From positions 3,344 through 67,343 of the forward strand of contig CAMAVK010000003.1 in assembly GCA_945861715.1 (NCBI GenBank): a stretch of 64,000 bases of DNA. The letters are read 5' to 3'. The position numbers were made by a program, and so were the translations under genes. Origin of the DNA: Candidatus Woesearchaeota archaeon. Its GTDB lineage: Archaea; Nanobdellota; Nanobdellia; Woesearchaeales; GW2011-AR9. Of the stretch, positions 27,927 through 37,803 are shown in pieces. Every line of letters starts with the position of its first letter. Within the stretch, counting starts at the first letter, position 1. Below the pieces are notes generated by a model. The model ran no database searches, was not told the DNA's origin, and saw nothing but the letters and a program-made list of their open reading frames with translations.

Positions 27927-29015
27927 TTAATGATATTTTTTCTTCAACTCATCAATATTCTCACAACCTTCTTCCTGAAGTATCGCTACAACTTCCTTAT
28001 TAATTTTTGACACAACACCGGGACCTTCAAAAATAAGTGCAGTTACTATTTGCACAAGCGATGCTCCGGCTTTTATTTTCTCAACAGCATCCTTACCATT
28101 AAAGACGCCCCCACACCCTATAATAATCTTCGACGTGCGTGCATGAAGAAACCGAATTGCATCAAGACTTCGCTTCTGAGTTGGTAGTCCACTTAATCCC
28201 CCTTTCAAAGAAAGAGAATTCAATTCCTCCACACTTCGATGTAGCCCTTCCCGATGTGTTGTCAAATTACTAACTATGAACCCAGTCACCCATGTATATG
28301 ATTCAGCAATCGCAATAATCTCTTCTATCTCTTTCTCTGAAAAATCTGGTTTCAACTTCAAAAAAACAGGCTTGGAATGTTTCTCCAAATTCAATGCCTC
28401 AAGTAACTTACGCAAATTATGCGGATGACCAAACGTTTGACCATCATTAATATTGGGACAACTCACATTGATTGTGGTATACATCCCCAGCGGGTGCATA
28501 TGACGATATGCTTTCACATAGTCTCGGATACCCGCTTCCGTCTCCAACAAATTTTTATCATTGGTTTTAGCAACACTAATACCAATTGGAATTCGAAATA
28601 CAGTCCCCCGCAATCGAGAAGAAATAACCTCACACCCATCGTTCATAAGACCATAATTCACAATAATTGATTTATCTTCAGGAAGTCGAAACAATCGCGG
28701 TTTTGGATTTCCTGCACACTTCTCTGCTGTAATCGATCCAAGCTCAGCAAACCCAAACCCAACATCCGGCAAGATATCATATAACTGTGCATTCTTATCG
28801 AACCCTGCACCGAGTCCAATGGGATTTAGAAATTCAATACCTGCAACAACACTTCGCAAACTGGGATGCTCAAAATGGTACAATGAATGAATTGCTGAAC
28901 GTGATATTCTATTTTTTCCGAGTGATTTCCCAAGTGACGTAACTCGCTCATGAACAGTCTCAGGATCCATTTTGAAAAAAACCGGCTTCAATACGCTGCG
29001 ATATAAAGATCCCAT
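27927..29015 (-). CDS. pyrD: dihydroorotate dehydrogenase (PyrD, class 2-like)
   Basis: 362 aa with GFDKN, GLMNDG, SCPN, GGLSG and GGV.NG motifs characteristic of DHODH. Confidence 0.8.
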   Translation of the reverse strand: MGSLYRSVLKPVFFKMDPETVHERVTSLGKSLGKNRISRSAIHSLYHFEHPSLRSVVAGIEFLNPIGLGAGFDKNAQLYDILPDVGFGFAELGSITAEKCAGNPKPRLFRLPEDKSIIVNYGLMNDGCEVISSRLRGTVFRIPIGISVAKTNDKNLLETEAGIRDYVKAYRHMHPLGMYTTINVSCPNINDGQTFGHPHNLRKLLEALNLEKHSKPVFLKLKPDFSEKEIEEIIAIAESYTWVTGFIVSNLTTHREGLHRSVEELNSLSLKGGLSGLPTQKRSLDAIRFLHARTSKIIIGCGGVFNGKDAVEKIKAGASLVQIVTALIFEGPGVVSKINKEVVAILQEEGCENIDELKKKYH

Positions 29016-29184
29016 TTTTTATAACTCATCTCTTTCAACATTTGAAACTATATAGATTCTCCTTGTGTTTGTGTCTCTATCTACTTAAACAAACTTCCAA
29101 AACTATTATCCTACTTAAACCCCCCTATATCAAATGGCACACTCTCTCCTCACAATCCCTCTCTCATCACTATCCAACAAAGCC

Positions 29185-30801
29185 CTACTCTTCGATTGCC
29201 ATATTATCTGGCCACAAATTATCAGTTGGCAGAATTAACACACGTTCCTCCGTTGCATGCTCCTTCTTAGGTTGTGTATCCGTGTCAGTATCCAATGTAT
29301 TCATCGTATTCACCATAACAGATGACTGTGTAATAGGCAGTGTAGGTGCTACCTCACCCATTCCCCAAATTGCTCCAAGCAATAAGCCTAGCTTCTTTTT
29401 CCCCGATGTGTCCGCGGTCGTGTTTCCCGCCCCCTCATTCATCAACCATTCTCCTGTCTTTTGCGTATCTCGACCAAGGAGGTGCTTAAAATTTTCTGAA
29501 GTAGTATCATTAATAATGTTTATTCGTCGAAGTCCAAGATATTCCTTACCTGGAGTCGACTTATAATCGTACGTTGGTTTTGGGCTACCTTGTGTCCAAC
29601 ATAGCTCATAGTATTCCCCACAAATTGTGGTGTAGGTATCATTTGTTGCATGAAAGGGAAATACAAATGAGGGAGGAGTTTTTCGAGTGTTAAATGTGAT
29701 GTTGTTCTTTGCATGTAAGAGTTGCGCCCGGAAATCTGATTCATTTAAAGTAGTCATATCTGAATGTGTTTCACTATGTGCTTCAATACTCCAACCTTTA
29801 TCCGATAATTCTATAGTTTGATTCCAGTTCATATAATTCGGCGTCCCGTTAATACCACTGGCATAGTCTGTCACCACAGCTAAGGATCCAACAAATCCAT
29901 ATTGGTCCATAATCGGTTTTGCTTGAGTGTAGACAGAAAGCCAACCATCATCAAAAACTAAGATGACTGCTTTTTTGGGCATGGTATAGGTTCCTTTACG
30001 CCAATTCGCATAATGTCGCATGGTAACAGGTTTAAATCCATTTTCTTTGAGGTACTGCATTTGACTTTGAAATGATGTTGGTGTAACGGTAATCAATTCA
30101 TCATCCACATCCTCAATACGATGATACACTAGAACGGGAATTGACTGACCGAGTCCATTACCATACTCACTTTCGTTATACAATCGCAGGACTTGTTCAC
30201 TTGATAAATCCTCATTATATGTTGTAAACTCATCAACTCCACCCATAAATGATGTTTTAGCAGCCGTACCAAATTGCATGGGAATCGACGCGTTGTATAG
30301 TGAGCTCTGTGCAACGTCATCCATATCGCAACGTTTGCCGTTTCGATAGTACATAACCGTCGAACCATTGTACGTCGCAGTAATCATCGTCCACTCACCA
30401 TCTTGTCGAACACCACATGATCTATCTGTTGTTGAGGTGTAACTTGTTGTCGTAAGCCCATCTTGTGATAACAGTATTGAAATACTATTTTGACGAGTTG
30501 TTCGAATAAGAAAAGATCGCTGACCTGCTTTTGATTCATACTTACTAATTAACCCCGCACCCTCTACATATTGTGCTTGATTAATCCACATATTCCATGT
30601 AGCTCTTTGCAAACCAAGATTTGTTTTTGGTTCTTTTACTTGAATTTCTGAAGAACCATTGAGAAAAATCCATGGACTCGCTTCAACGTCTCCTGAACTA
30701 CTGATTACAAACATGGCTAAGACTAACACACATCCGAACGCAAGTCCAAATTGAGCCGTAAAGCGAGGAGATTCCATGGAATATAAATTGGGTAAAAACA
30801 C
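29185..30801 (-). CDS. secreted polysaccharide deacetylase (NodB domain) with N-terminal beta-rich domain
   Basis: Signal/TM MESPRFTAQFGLAFGCVLVLAMFVISS. C-terminal VILVFDDGWLSVYTQAKPIMDQYGFVGSLAVV is a NodB motif 1/2 pattern. Confidence 0.6.
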   Translation of the reverse strand: MFLPNLYSMESPRFTAQFGLAFGCVLVLAMFVISSSGDVEASPWIFLNGSSEIQVKEPKTNLGLQRATWNMWINQAQYVEGAGLISKYESKAGQRSFLIRTTRQNSISILLSQDGLTTTSYTSTTDRSCGVRQDGEWTMITATYNGSTVMYYRNGKRCDMDDVAQSSLYNASIPMQFGTAAKTSFMGGVDEFTTYNEDLSSEQVLRLYNESEYGNGLGQSIPVLVYHRIEDVDDELITVTPTSFQSQMQYLKENGFKPVTMRHYANWRKGTYTMPKKAVILVFDDGWLSVYTQAKPIMDQYGFVGSLAVVTDYASGINGTPNYMNWNQTIELSDKGWSIEAHSETHSDMTTLNESDFRAQLLHAKNNITFNTRKTPPSFVFPFHATNDTYTTICGEYYELCWTQGSPKPTYDYKSTPGKEYLGLRRINIINDTTSENFKHLLGRDTQKTGEWLMNEGAGNTTADTSGKKKLGLLLGAIWGMGEVAPTLPITQSSVMVNTMNTLDTDTDTQPKKEHATEERVLILPTDNLWPDNMAIEE

Positions 30802-31009
30802 CTACTATCATCCCTACTACAACTCATAATAGACAAGAACTTGCTACTCACATGAAATTGATGCTAACTTATTACCAACCTGAGATAGAATAAGGATGCA
30901 TTCTACAATACTTATAGTTCTCCTATATGCACCCCCCTTTATCTATACACAAATGACTATCTTAATTTTTTTATTGCTAAACCTCTACTGAAAAACAACT
31001 CAAAGAGTA

Positions 31010-31108
31010 ATAAAGAAAAGGAACGCCAACACCCGGATTTGAACCGGGTGCAGTCACTAACGTTCCGCAGTTGCCTCTAGGCAACAATCCACAAGAAACA
31101 GGTTAGCT
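31010..31108 (-). repeat. partial duplicate of the tRNA-Ser 3' half (pseudo-tRNA fragment) with a 38-nt insertion
   Basis: Copies the last 4 nt of the tRNA-Ser intron through the T-arm and acceptor 3' strand plus 18 nt of 3' flank. The variable arm is mutated (TCC to TTT) and a 38-nt hairpin-containing insert sits before the T-arm. No 5' half is present. Confidence 0.55.
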
Positions 31109-31146
31109 ATGATACAAAGAGATTGAATGATTATAAAGAAAAGGAA

Positions 31147-31251
31147 CGCCAACACCCGGATTTGAACCGGGAATCCACAAGGGACAGGTTAGCTTCTTTT
31201 GCGTGATGCAAAATTCAAGACCTGCGCAGTACCGGATTGTGCCATGTTGGC
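31147..31251 (-). tRNA. tRNA-Ser(TGA), class II, with a 23-nt canonical intron
   Basis: Folded by hand: acceptor GCCAACA/TGTTGGC, anticodon stem CAGGT/ACCTG with loop CTTGAA plus intron TTTTGCATCACGCAAAAGAAGCT, 13-nt variable arm TCCCTTGTGGATT, T-arm CCCGG-TTCAAAT-CCGGG, discriminator G. Confidence 0.65.
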
Positions 31252-31361
31252 GCGTAGTTTGTCCTCGTCATATTGATAACTCAATACAACCCCACATCGC
31301 ACTTTGGCACCTTCATTTTTATAAAGCTTTAGGTTTAAACGCCTCACAAAAGAAAAATAAC

Positions 31362-31748
31362 ATGGCTTACAACGTATTTACCATCGAAGAAATTGCAGAA
31401 ATGGCGGTTGATACCCGTCTCGAATTAATAAATAGGTCCGTAGATATGCGTCTGCTGGCAATATTACATAAACAACACTTTCCACTTCATCAAATTAGAG
31501 ATATTCTTCCTCAAATACTCCAAGATTTCCCACAGAATAATTCAACGATAGCAACATCATACCTTCAATTTATCATGGGCGGTGATGTAACGAGAGGACA
31601 ATATGAACATCATCCTCATTTCTATCTCACGCTTCCAAGAAACGTCATCGTTGATATCACTGCTGATCAATTTGGTGGCCCAGAAGTATTTGTCGGAAAA
31701 ATTCGCAGTCCTTGGCAAGACATGATAGGTCGTAAAGGCAATTGCTAA
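31362..31748 (+). CDS. hypothetical protein (about 128 aa)
   Basis: The track ORF 31203..31748 overlaps tRNA-Ser, so the likely start is the internal ATG at 31362 (MAYNVFTIEEIAEM). Confidence 0.35.
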   Translation: MAYNVFTIEEIAEMAVDTRLELINRSVDMRLLAILHKQHFPLHQIRDILPQILQDFPQNNSTIATSYLQFIMGGDVTRGQYEHHPHFYLTLPRNVIVDITADQFGGPEVFVGKIRSPWQDMIGRKGNC

Positions 31749-31778
31749 CTCCACAAAACATAACTTTATATACTGTAT

Positions 31779-32618
31779 ATGCCCATCCATTTTTCTACCA
31801 AAGCGGAGCTAAAACTAATGGCAAAATACAAAGTTGACAAAAAAGAATTATCACATTTACTAGAAACATACGTTGCAAATCAAGAGGTACGTACCTTAAG
31901 TGCTGTTGTAGACGTACATCCACTGCAATACGCCGAACAAACAGAAAGTTTACTCCAAAGAGGAGAACAACTAGGCCAAACAGACCTTCGATTAATTGCG
32001 AGTAACTTGGGTACTCTTGGTGCTGCAGTGCTAAACACCTATGATCTTCAACCAACTGAGCTAAAAGAATTATATGGGGGTCTCGTAGCTGTAGTTGCAG
32101 CAGGTCATACTCGTGAATGGGGCGAATTACTTCAACAGGTTCACAAACAAGTCGTTGAGGACAACGGTAGCCTTACTTCATATCAGTTCATGCCGGAATT
32201 TTATCGAGCGATTTGTAAACCAAGCCTGAGTCAGATGACTTCTGATGCCGTAAAACATGCTATGGGCTATTTGAACTCAAAATCATCAGTTCGAAATACG
32301 AATAAAGCATCCTTGCTTCTATCTCATGAAGAATGTTTTGGGCCCAAAATTGATCATATCACTGAAGACGACATCACATCGGTTCTCACCACGCATCCCG
32401 ATGATGATGAAGCTGCGCAGCATCTTTGCACTCGCTATCGACTTGCTGGCCTTGGTAAAGTAACGGAGAGATCAAGAGCGATAAGTTTCCAGGTATCACC
32501 TCTTCCCGGCCGAGTCCAACCAATGGATGTACTCTTTCGTAATGGTGGAGTACCTTCAAGAATGCCTGCAGTAGCCGCAAAAGCAATGGATTATCTAGCA
32601 GGAAAGAGAAAAGCATAA
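31779..32618 (+). CDS. hypothetical protein (279 aa)
   Basis: ORF only. Confidence 0.4.
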   Translation: MPIHFSTKAELKLMAKYKVDKKELSHLLETYVANQEVRTLSAVVDVHPLQYAEQTESLLQRGEQLGQTDLRLIASNLGTLGAAVLNTYDLQPTELKELYGGLVAVVAAGHTREWGELLQQVHKQVVEDNGSLTSYQFMPEFYRAICKPSLSQMTSDAVKHAMGYLNSKSSVRNTNKASLLLSHEECFGPKIDHITEDDITSVLTTHPDDDEAAQHLCTRYRLAGLGKVTERSRAISFQVSPLPGRVQPMDVLFRNGGVPSRMPAVAAKAMDYLAGKRKA

Positions 32619-32626
32619 AGTTAAAC

Positions 32627-33424
32627 TTAAATGGAATTAATCTCACGCACAGAGTTGAGATAATACGATCTATTAAACATTCCGGGTGAACTTTCAATTT
32701 TTCGAGCCAATAAGCAGATATCATAAAGATCTTTGTTTACGTCGTAAACCGGGCTATGTGATTTCTCATCTGATGGGAAACTGTTTTGCATATCTGCAAT
32801 TTGGTTACACCATTCCTTCGTTGCAAGTGGAGCGAGATTTTTCCATAGCATTCTTTCCGCCTGTTGATATAGAGTTCCAAATAATGGGTTAGATTGAGCA
32901 CCAGCTTGAATTTTACCACGAACTCTTTTTACTTTGTGAGGAAGAATATCTTCAAGTCGTTTTACATACAAACCTGCAAATTCGCCTTGTTCATGAAAAA
33001 TTGCATTTTCAACCTCTCGTTGTGAAATATACCCTGTTTTTGCAAATAACTCGTCACTTAAGCAATCAAAGTGAATGAAGAACAATTGCTTTGCTTTATT
33101 ACCTTGACCATCCATCACTTTAACTTCATAGTTTGCTCTACTTTTCTTTAATTGTACTTGATAGCCACTTTTACGTATAGCCCGTAAAATTTTACCACCT
33201 TCCCCATCTTGGAATTGTTGGAAGGATTCAATTCTAGGGAGGTATAATAAATCTAAATCTGATGTGGATCTCAAGAGATCTTGGTCTTGATAACAGTGAA
33301 CTTGTATTGCCATACCACCCACAATAATTGGTGATGTGGTAGCGCTGTCTGTAGTGCAATCTTTTACTGCGGTGAAACTATCCTTTACAATCTTCTCAAG
33401 TGCATTAAAGTAGATTAAAACCAT
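32627..33424 (-). CDS. AbiEii/DUF1814-like nucleotidyltransferase
   Basis: N-terminal GG-x-RSTSDLDLL (GGxA...RxTxDxD NTase motif) and later KDLYDICLLARK (conserved DUF1814 KDlYDl motif). No adjacent AbiEi-like gene. Confidence 0.5.
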   Translation of the reverse strand: MVLIYFNALEKIVKDSFTAVKDCTTDSATTSPIIVGGMAIQVHCYQDQDLLRSTSDLDLLYLPRIESFQQFQDGEGGKILRAIRKSGYQVQLKKSRANYEVKVMDGQGNKAKQLFFIHFDCLSDELFAKTGYISQREVENAIFHEQGEFAGLYVKRLEDILPHKVKRVRGKIQAGAQSNPLFGTLYQQAERMLWKNLAPLATKEWCNQIADMQNSFPSDEKSHSPVYDVNKDLYDICLLARKIESSPGMFNRSYYLNSVREINSI

Positions 33425-33663
33425 TATACCTCATTCTATCTTTTCTATTTATAAATCTTTTGTTACTTATCAGTAACTACCTCGTCTCGCTCCACTTTCA
33501 ACTCTACTTCTAAAGGATAATCAAATTTAAAAAATTTTCTAGAAAGTGACACATAAATAATTGTCTATAACTCATTCAAGTCAAATAACATTACACTAAA
33601 AAATCAGAAAATACACGCTATCAACAAATAAATCGACAGAGAGAAAAGAATAAACTAAAAAAA

Positions 33664-34008
33664 CTAATTATCAACCATTTCTATCTCAATGTTCAGTCCT
33701 TCTGGAATAGGAACTCTCATAACGAGTCGTAGAGTTCGCTCATCAGCACCAAGCTCAATTAATCTTTTATGAACACGCATTTCATAACGTTCCCAAGAAG
33801 CCTTACCTTCTCCACATGGAGATTTACGCGTAGTTACTCTTAATTTTTTAGTAGGAAGTGGGATAGGTCCTCGCATATCTACACCGGTTTTTTCAGCAAT
33901 AGATTTAATATCAAAACAAATTTGATTAATCTTATCAATTTCAATACTTGCCAATTTGATTCGTGCGCGTGCCATTGTTTTCCATCCCACATAGTAATAA
34001 TCATTCAC
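33664..34008 (-). CDS. rps10: 30S ribosomal protein S10
   Basis: ARARIKLASIEIDKINQICFDI...MRGPIPLPTKKLRVTTRKSPCGEGKASWERYEMRVHKRLIEL is a canonical S10. Likely true start is the internal MARARIKL near 33975. Confidence 0.9.
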   Translation of the reverse strand: MNDYYYVGWKTMARARIKLASIEIDKINQICFDIKSIAEKTGVDMRGPIPLPTKKLRVTTRKSPCGEGKASWERYEMRVHKRLIELGADERTLRLVMRVPIPEGLNIEIEMVDN

Positions 34009-34089
34009 TAAGCTAAGTAATATTTTTACTAACTTATTTATAAGCCTTTTGCTTGGGAATCTATATTATCTAACAAACATCTACGGTAT

Positions 34090-34698
34090 ATGCTCCTGCT
34101 TAATAGAAGTACTCAATTAGTGATCGCCCTATTCAATAGATTAATATATCCTTCAAAACATACATACCGTGGTGATATAATGGCGAAATCAACAGCAACC
34201 AAATCAAAAAGAACAAAATCAACAAGAACCAAACCAGCAGCGAGATTAACAAAGAAAATAACACCAGTGCAAGGGTCATCAATAAAAATATCGGTAAAAA
34301 AGGACATCCCTATCCTCATAAAAGTACTTGCGGTAACCAACTTTATCGGCGCAGCAGCCAATATGGTTCTCGGTCTCATCTTCATTCTCGCAGCAGGGTT
34401 TATGGCAAACCTCCTTCAAGAGATTCCATTTATAGCAAAACTTGGATCAACATTATTCATCGGATTAGGGATCCTCTTATTTGCAATGGGAATACTCTCC
34501 TTCTTCATTGGTCGAGGACTATGGTTAGGTCAGAATTGGGCAAGAATCACCCTGATTGTTATGCATGTGTTAGGAGTTCCATTTGGTGTGTATAGCATCA
34601 TCATGGGCAACTATGTAAGCATAATCAGTCTCATGTTAAGTCTTTTAGTATTGGGATATTTAATCCTAAGTGAAGACGTAAAGAAAGCCTTCGCGTGA
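34090..34698 (+). CDS. membrane protein with K/T-rich N-terminal tail
   Basis: Likely start is the ATG at about 34180 (MAKSTATKSKRTKSTRTK), 30 nt downstream of a TATA-like GATTAATATA; 4 TM helices. Confidence 0.4.
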   Translation: MLLLNRSTQLVIALFNRLIYPSKHTYRGDIMAKSTATKSKRTKSTRTKPAARLTKKITPVQGSSIKISVKKDIPILIKVLAVTNFIGAAANMVLGLIFILAAGFMANLLQEIPFIAKLGSTLFIGLGILLFAMGILSFFIGRGLWLGQNWARITLIVMHVLGVPFGVYSIIMGNYVSIISLMLSLLVLGYLILSEDVKKAFA

Positions 34699-34752
34699 AT
34701 AGTTGAGTCTATTTTTCTTTTAATTTTTTTTAATATCTTCTCCAAATATATT

Positions 34753-35520
34753 CTAACTTATCCGTCGAATGATATAACTTCTAAACCCCACTGCATGTAG
34801 TCCTTTAGTATTGTCAGTGACGTCATAAGAAGTGCACGTTTTTGGTGCAGGATCACGATGATACGGCTGTAAATTCACATACAACTCACCACCAGCTGCC
34901 AACATAGAAACTTGTTCATCTAGAGTTGATAGCGGTGGACCATGTGAATTAATCAACAAATCAAAATTATTCAACGCACAAGGAATAGAGCCTGACCCAA
35001 CAAAATATGAAATGGTACGTAGGTTCTCCTGTTGAGTAGCTTTGTCAATCATACCAACTGTTTCCAATTCAGTATGGCATGGAAACCATAAATCTCTCTC
35101 TTCAAACATACGAGCAAGACGAATTAAATCTCCATGTGCCATGGTATAACTAAAAATATCAACCACCACGGGGGCATCCTTAACAAATCCATTTCGATGT
35201 AATGAAGCGAGATCTAACGCAGCTTCAGAAAACCCATTCCCTAAAATTCCAATTTTACCATGCTCCTGTTTGTATCGGTTTGTAATTCCGGGTAGTGCAT
35301 GTTCTATCTCTTCAAACGGGCGTCTTGTAATGCCTAATCCCCCTAGTCCTCTTTTGTAGGCAACAGAAAAATCAATGGTAATCTCATTCGCATTATATAA
35401 CATAGTAAACACAACATCGCTCTTTGGTCTAAATTGAGAATTAATCTCTTTCCAATCTTGATATGTTGCGGGTCTCATTATTTTTTCTCTATCACTCAGC
35501 AAATTATTCGTATTCAGCAT
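34753..35520 (-). CDS. hypothetical protein, paralog 2 of a tandem pair (255 aa)
   Basis: Shares GILGNGFSEAAL, VVVDIFSY, LINSHGPPLSTLDEQVS and Y.NLQ.YH.DP motifs with the upstream paralog. Confidence 0.4.
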   Translation of the reverse strand: MLNTNNLLSDREKIMRPATYQDWKEINSQFRPKSDVVFTMLYNANEITIDFSVAYKRGLGGLGITRRPFEEIEHALPGITNRYKQEHGKIGILGNGFSEAALDLASLHRNGFVKDAPVVVDIFSYTMAHGDLIRLARMFEERDLWFPCHTELETVGMIDKATQQENLRTISYFVGSGSIPCALNNFDLLINSHGPPLSTLDEQVSMLAAGGELYVNLQPYHRDPAPKTCTSYDVTDNTKGLHAVGFRSYIIRRIS

Positions 35521-36266
35521 GTACGCGTAATAATATAACTCTTAAATCTCTCTAGGTTCGTTGGCGGAGTGTTATCAACCACAGTAAAAAGATCACATGT
35601 CACGGGAATAGGATCATTATGGTAAAATTGTAAATTCGCATATAAATCTCCACCGGGGACTAAGAAGGAGACTTGCTCATCAAGAGATGAAAGTGGAGGA
35701 CCATGACTGTTTATGAGTAAGTTACAATCACCTGCTTCTGGTGGGGGATTTCCAGACCCCACACAATATTTCACCAATTTCAACTTTTCTTCATTAATTG
35801 AAGTAGCAATATCTCGCACCGTATTTAATGCAGAATACAAAGGAAAACACAGGCCTAACTTATTAAATGTAAGATGAAGGCGACGTAAATCAGAGTGCAA
35901 CGCAACATAATCAAATAAATCAATGAGGACGGGTACTTCTTGTAATGTTCCATCTTCATACTCTTTGGCTATTTCAAGAGCGAGAGATGACATTCCGTTG
36001 CCTAACATTCCAACTTTTCCTCGCTCCAGTTGTAGGCGGGATTGTAAGCCTGGAAGAACATATGAACCGATATTGGGTGATGATCTGCTTGTTATACCAA
36101 TTCCTCCCCTGGTCTGCTCAGAACCAGGAATTGGCGGGACCTCTAAGAAAACCACTATTCTCCCCCCTTTCTGAGTAAAAGAAAATTGTACCTCGCTCTC
36201 TGGTTGAAATATATTATGTAACTCTAAACAATCAATGTAATCTGCTTGTCTCATGGGAATTCTCAT
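35514..36266 (-). CDS. hypothetical protein, paralog 1 of a tandem pair (250 aa)
   Basis: Shares GMLGNGMSSLAL, VLIDLFDY, LINSHGPPLSSLDEQVS with the downstream paralog; overlaps it by 7 nt. Confidence 0.4.
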   Translation of the reverse strand: MRIPMRQADYIDCLELHNIFQPESEVQFSFTQKGGRIVVFLEVPPIPGSEQTRGGIGITSRSSPNIGSYVLPGLQSRLQLERGKVGMLGNGMSSLALEIAKEYEDGTLQEVPVLIDLFDYVALHSDLRRLHLTFNKLGLCFPLYSALNTVRDIATSINEEKLKLVKYCVGSGNPPPEAGDCNLLINSHGPPLSSLDEQVSFLVPGGDLYANLQFYHNDPIPVTCDLFTVVDNTPPTNLERFKSYIITRTC

Positions 36267-36357
36267 AGTATACTATTCGAAATCAAACAACCAAGAAAAC
36301 CACTTATTTCGAAAAAATCACAATCTTAAAAATATAAAAAAAGAAAAAAAAGAAAAC

Positions 36358-37650
36358 TTACAAAACCTTAGGTACAATATCAATACACATACCAGCAGCT
36401 ACAGTAGCGCCAGAATCACGAATAGCGAATCTGGACATCTGTGGAATAACAGTATGCTTCTCAATAACTACTGGTTGAGTAGGTCGAAGTCGAACAACAG
36501 CTGCGTCTCCATTTCGAAGAACATCCTTATTCTCAGTAACTTCAGCACCAGTTGCTGGATTGAGCTTCTTTACAATCTCAATAAATTGACATGCAATCTG
36601 AGAGCAATGGATGTGGAATACTGGCGTGTATCCTACAGTTACAACCGTTGGATGGTTCATAATAACGATTTGTGCTGTAAACTCTTGAGCTACAGTTGGA
36701 ACGTTACTGGAATGACCAAGAACGTCACCACGAGCGATATCTTTCTTACCAAGACCTCGTACGTTAAACCCAATATTGTCACCAGGTTCAGCGGAAGGAA
36801 CGGTTTCGTGATGCATTTCAATAGTCTTAACTTCTCCTGAAATACCCTTACCTTCACGACCAGGAACAATAGTAACCTTATCGTTAATCTTCATAATACC
36901 AGTTTCAATACGTCCAACTGGAACTACACCAATACCGGTGATGTTGTATACATCTTGAATAGGTAATCGAAGAGGAAGATCAGTTGGTTTCTTTGGAACA
37001 TCAAACTTGTTAATAGCATCCAATAAAGTATCTCCAGTCCACCAAGGCATCTTCTCAGATTTCTTGTTCACGTTTTCACCAGGGAAAGACGCAAGAGGAA
37101 TAAAGCGTACCAAATCGGTTTTCCAACCAGCTTGTGCTGCATGCTTCTTAACATCTTCAATAACTTCTTTGTAGCGTGACTCTTTATAGTCTACTCCAGA
37201 GATATCCATCTTATTAACAGCAACAATTAATTGTCCTACACCAAAAATCTTGGATAAGCGAAGATGCTCGATAGTTTGAGCGTTAACTCCATCGTTAGCA
37301 GCAACAACAAGAACAGCACAATCAGCTTGTGAAGCTCCCGTAATCATATTCTTGATAAAGTCCCTGTGACCAGGAGCATCAATAATAGTGAAGTAGTACT
37401 TTTCAGTATCAAATCTCTTATGAGATAAATCGATAGTAACTCCTCTTTCTTGCTCTTCTTTAAGTGAATCCATAACGAACGCGAATTCAAAACCAGATTT
37501 ACCGAGCATTTGAGCCTTTTCCTTTAATTTACGCATGGTTTGTTCATCAATAGTACCACAGTTGAAAAGTAATCTACCTACAGTAGTTGACTTACCGTGA
37601 TCAACGTGACCAATGAAAACCAAGTTGATATGTTCTTTTGCTTTTGCCAT
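36358..37650 (-). CDS. tuf: translation elongation factor 1-alpha (aEF-1A / EF-Tu)
   Basis: [40 protein letters not shown]; 430 aa. GGAGG Shine-Dalgarno 7 nt upstream. Confidence 0.95.
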   Translation of the reverse strand: MAKAKEHINLVFIGHVDHGKSTTVGRLLFNCGTIDEQTMRKLKEKAQMLGKSGFEFAFVMDSLKEEQERGVTIDLSHKRFDTEKYYFTIIDAPGHRDFIKNMITGASQADCAVLVVAANDGVNAQTIEHLRLSKIFGVGQLIVAVNKMDISGVDYKESRYKEVIEDVKKHAAQAGWKTDLVRFIPLASFPGENVNKKSEKMPWWTGDTLLDAINKFDVPKKPTDLPLRLPIQDVYNITGIGVVPVGRIETGIMKINDKVTIVPGREGKGISGEVKTIEMHHETVPSAEPGDNIGFNVRGLGKKDIARGDVLGHSSNVPTVAQEFTAQIVIMNHPTVVTVGYTPVFHIHCSQIACQFIEIVKKLNPATGAEVTENKDVLRNGDAAVVRLRPTQPVVIEKHTVIPQMSRFAIRDSGATVAAGMCIDIVPKVL

Positions 37651-37803
37651 TATTGTTCCTCCATTTATAGTGGGATTTTATATGGAGTTGATGGTTTGAG
37701 AATTATTTATAAACATTTCGGTAGCATACGGCAAAAAAGAATAACCATCTCCCTATAATCTAAGAACTGAAACCTAAAATACCTTAGAAATTGAATCTAT
37801 TTA

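Noticed and set aside
31024-31108. The upstream tRNA-like segment as a second functional tRNA gene
   Set aside because: It has no 5' acceptor, D or anticodon half. Its variable-arm stem is mutated and a 38-nt insert precedes the T-arm. It is a partial duplicate of tRNA-Ser.
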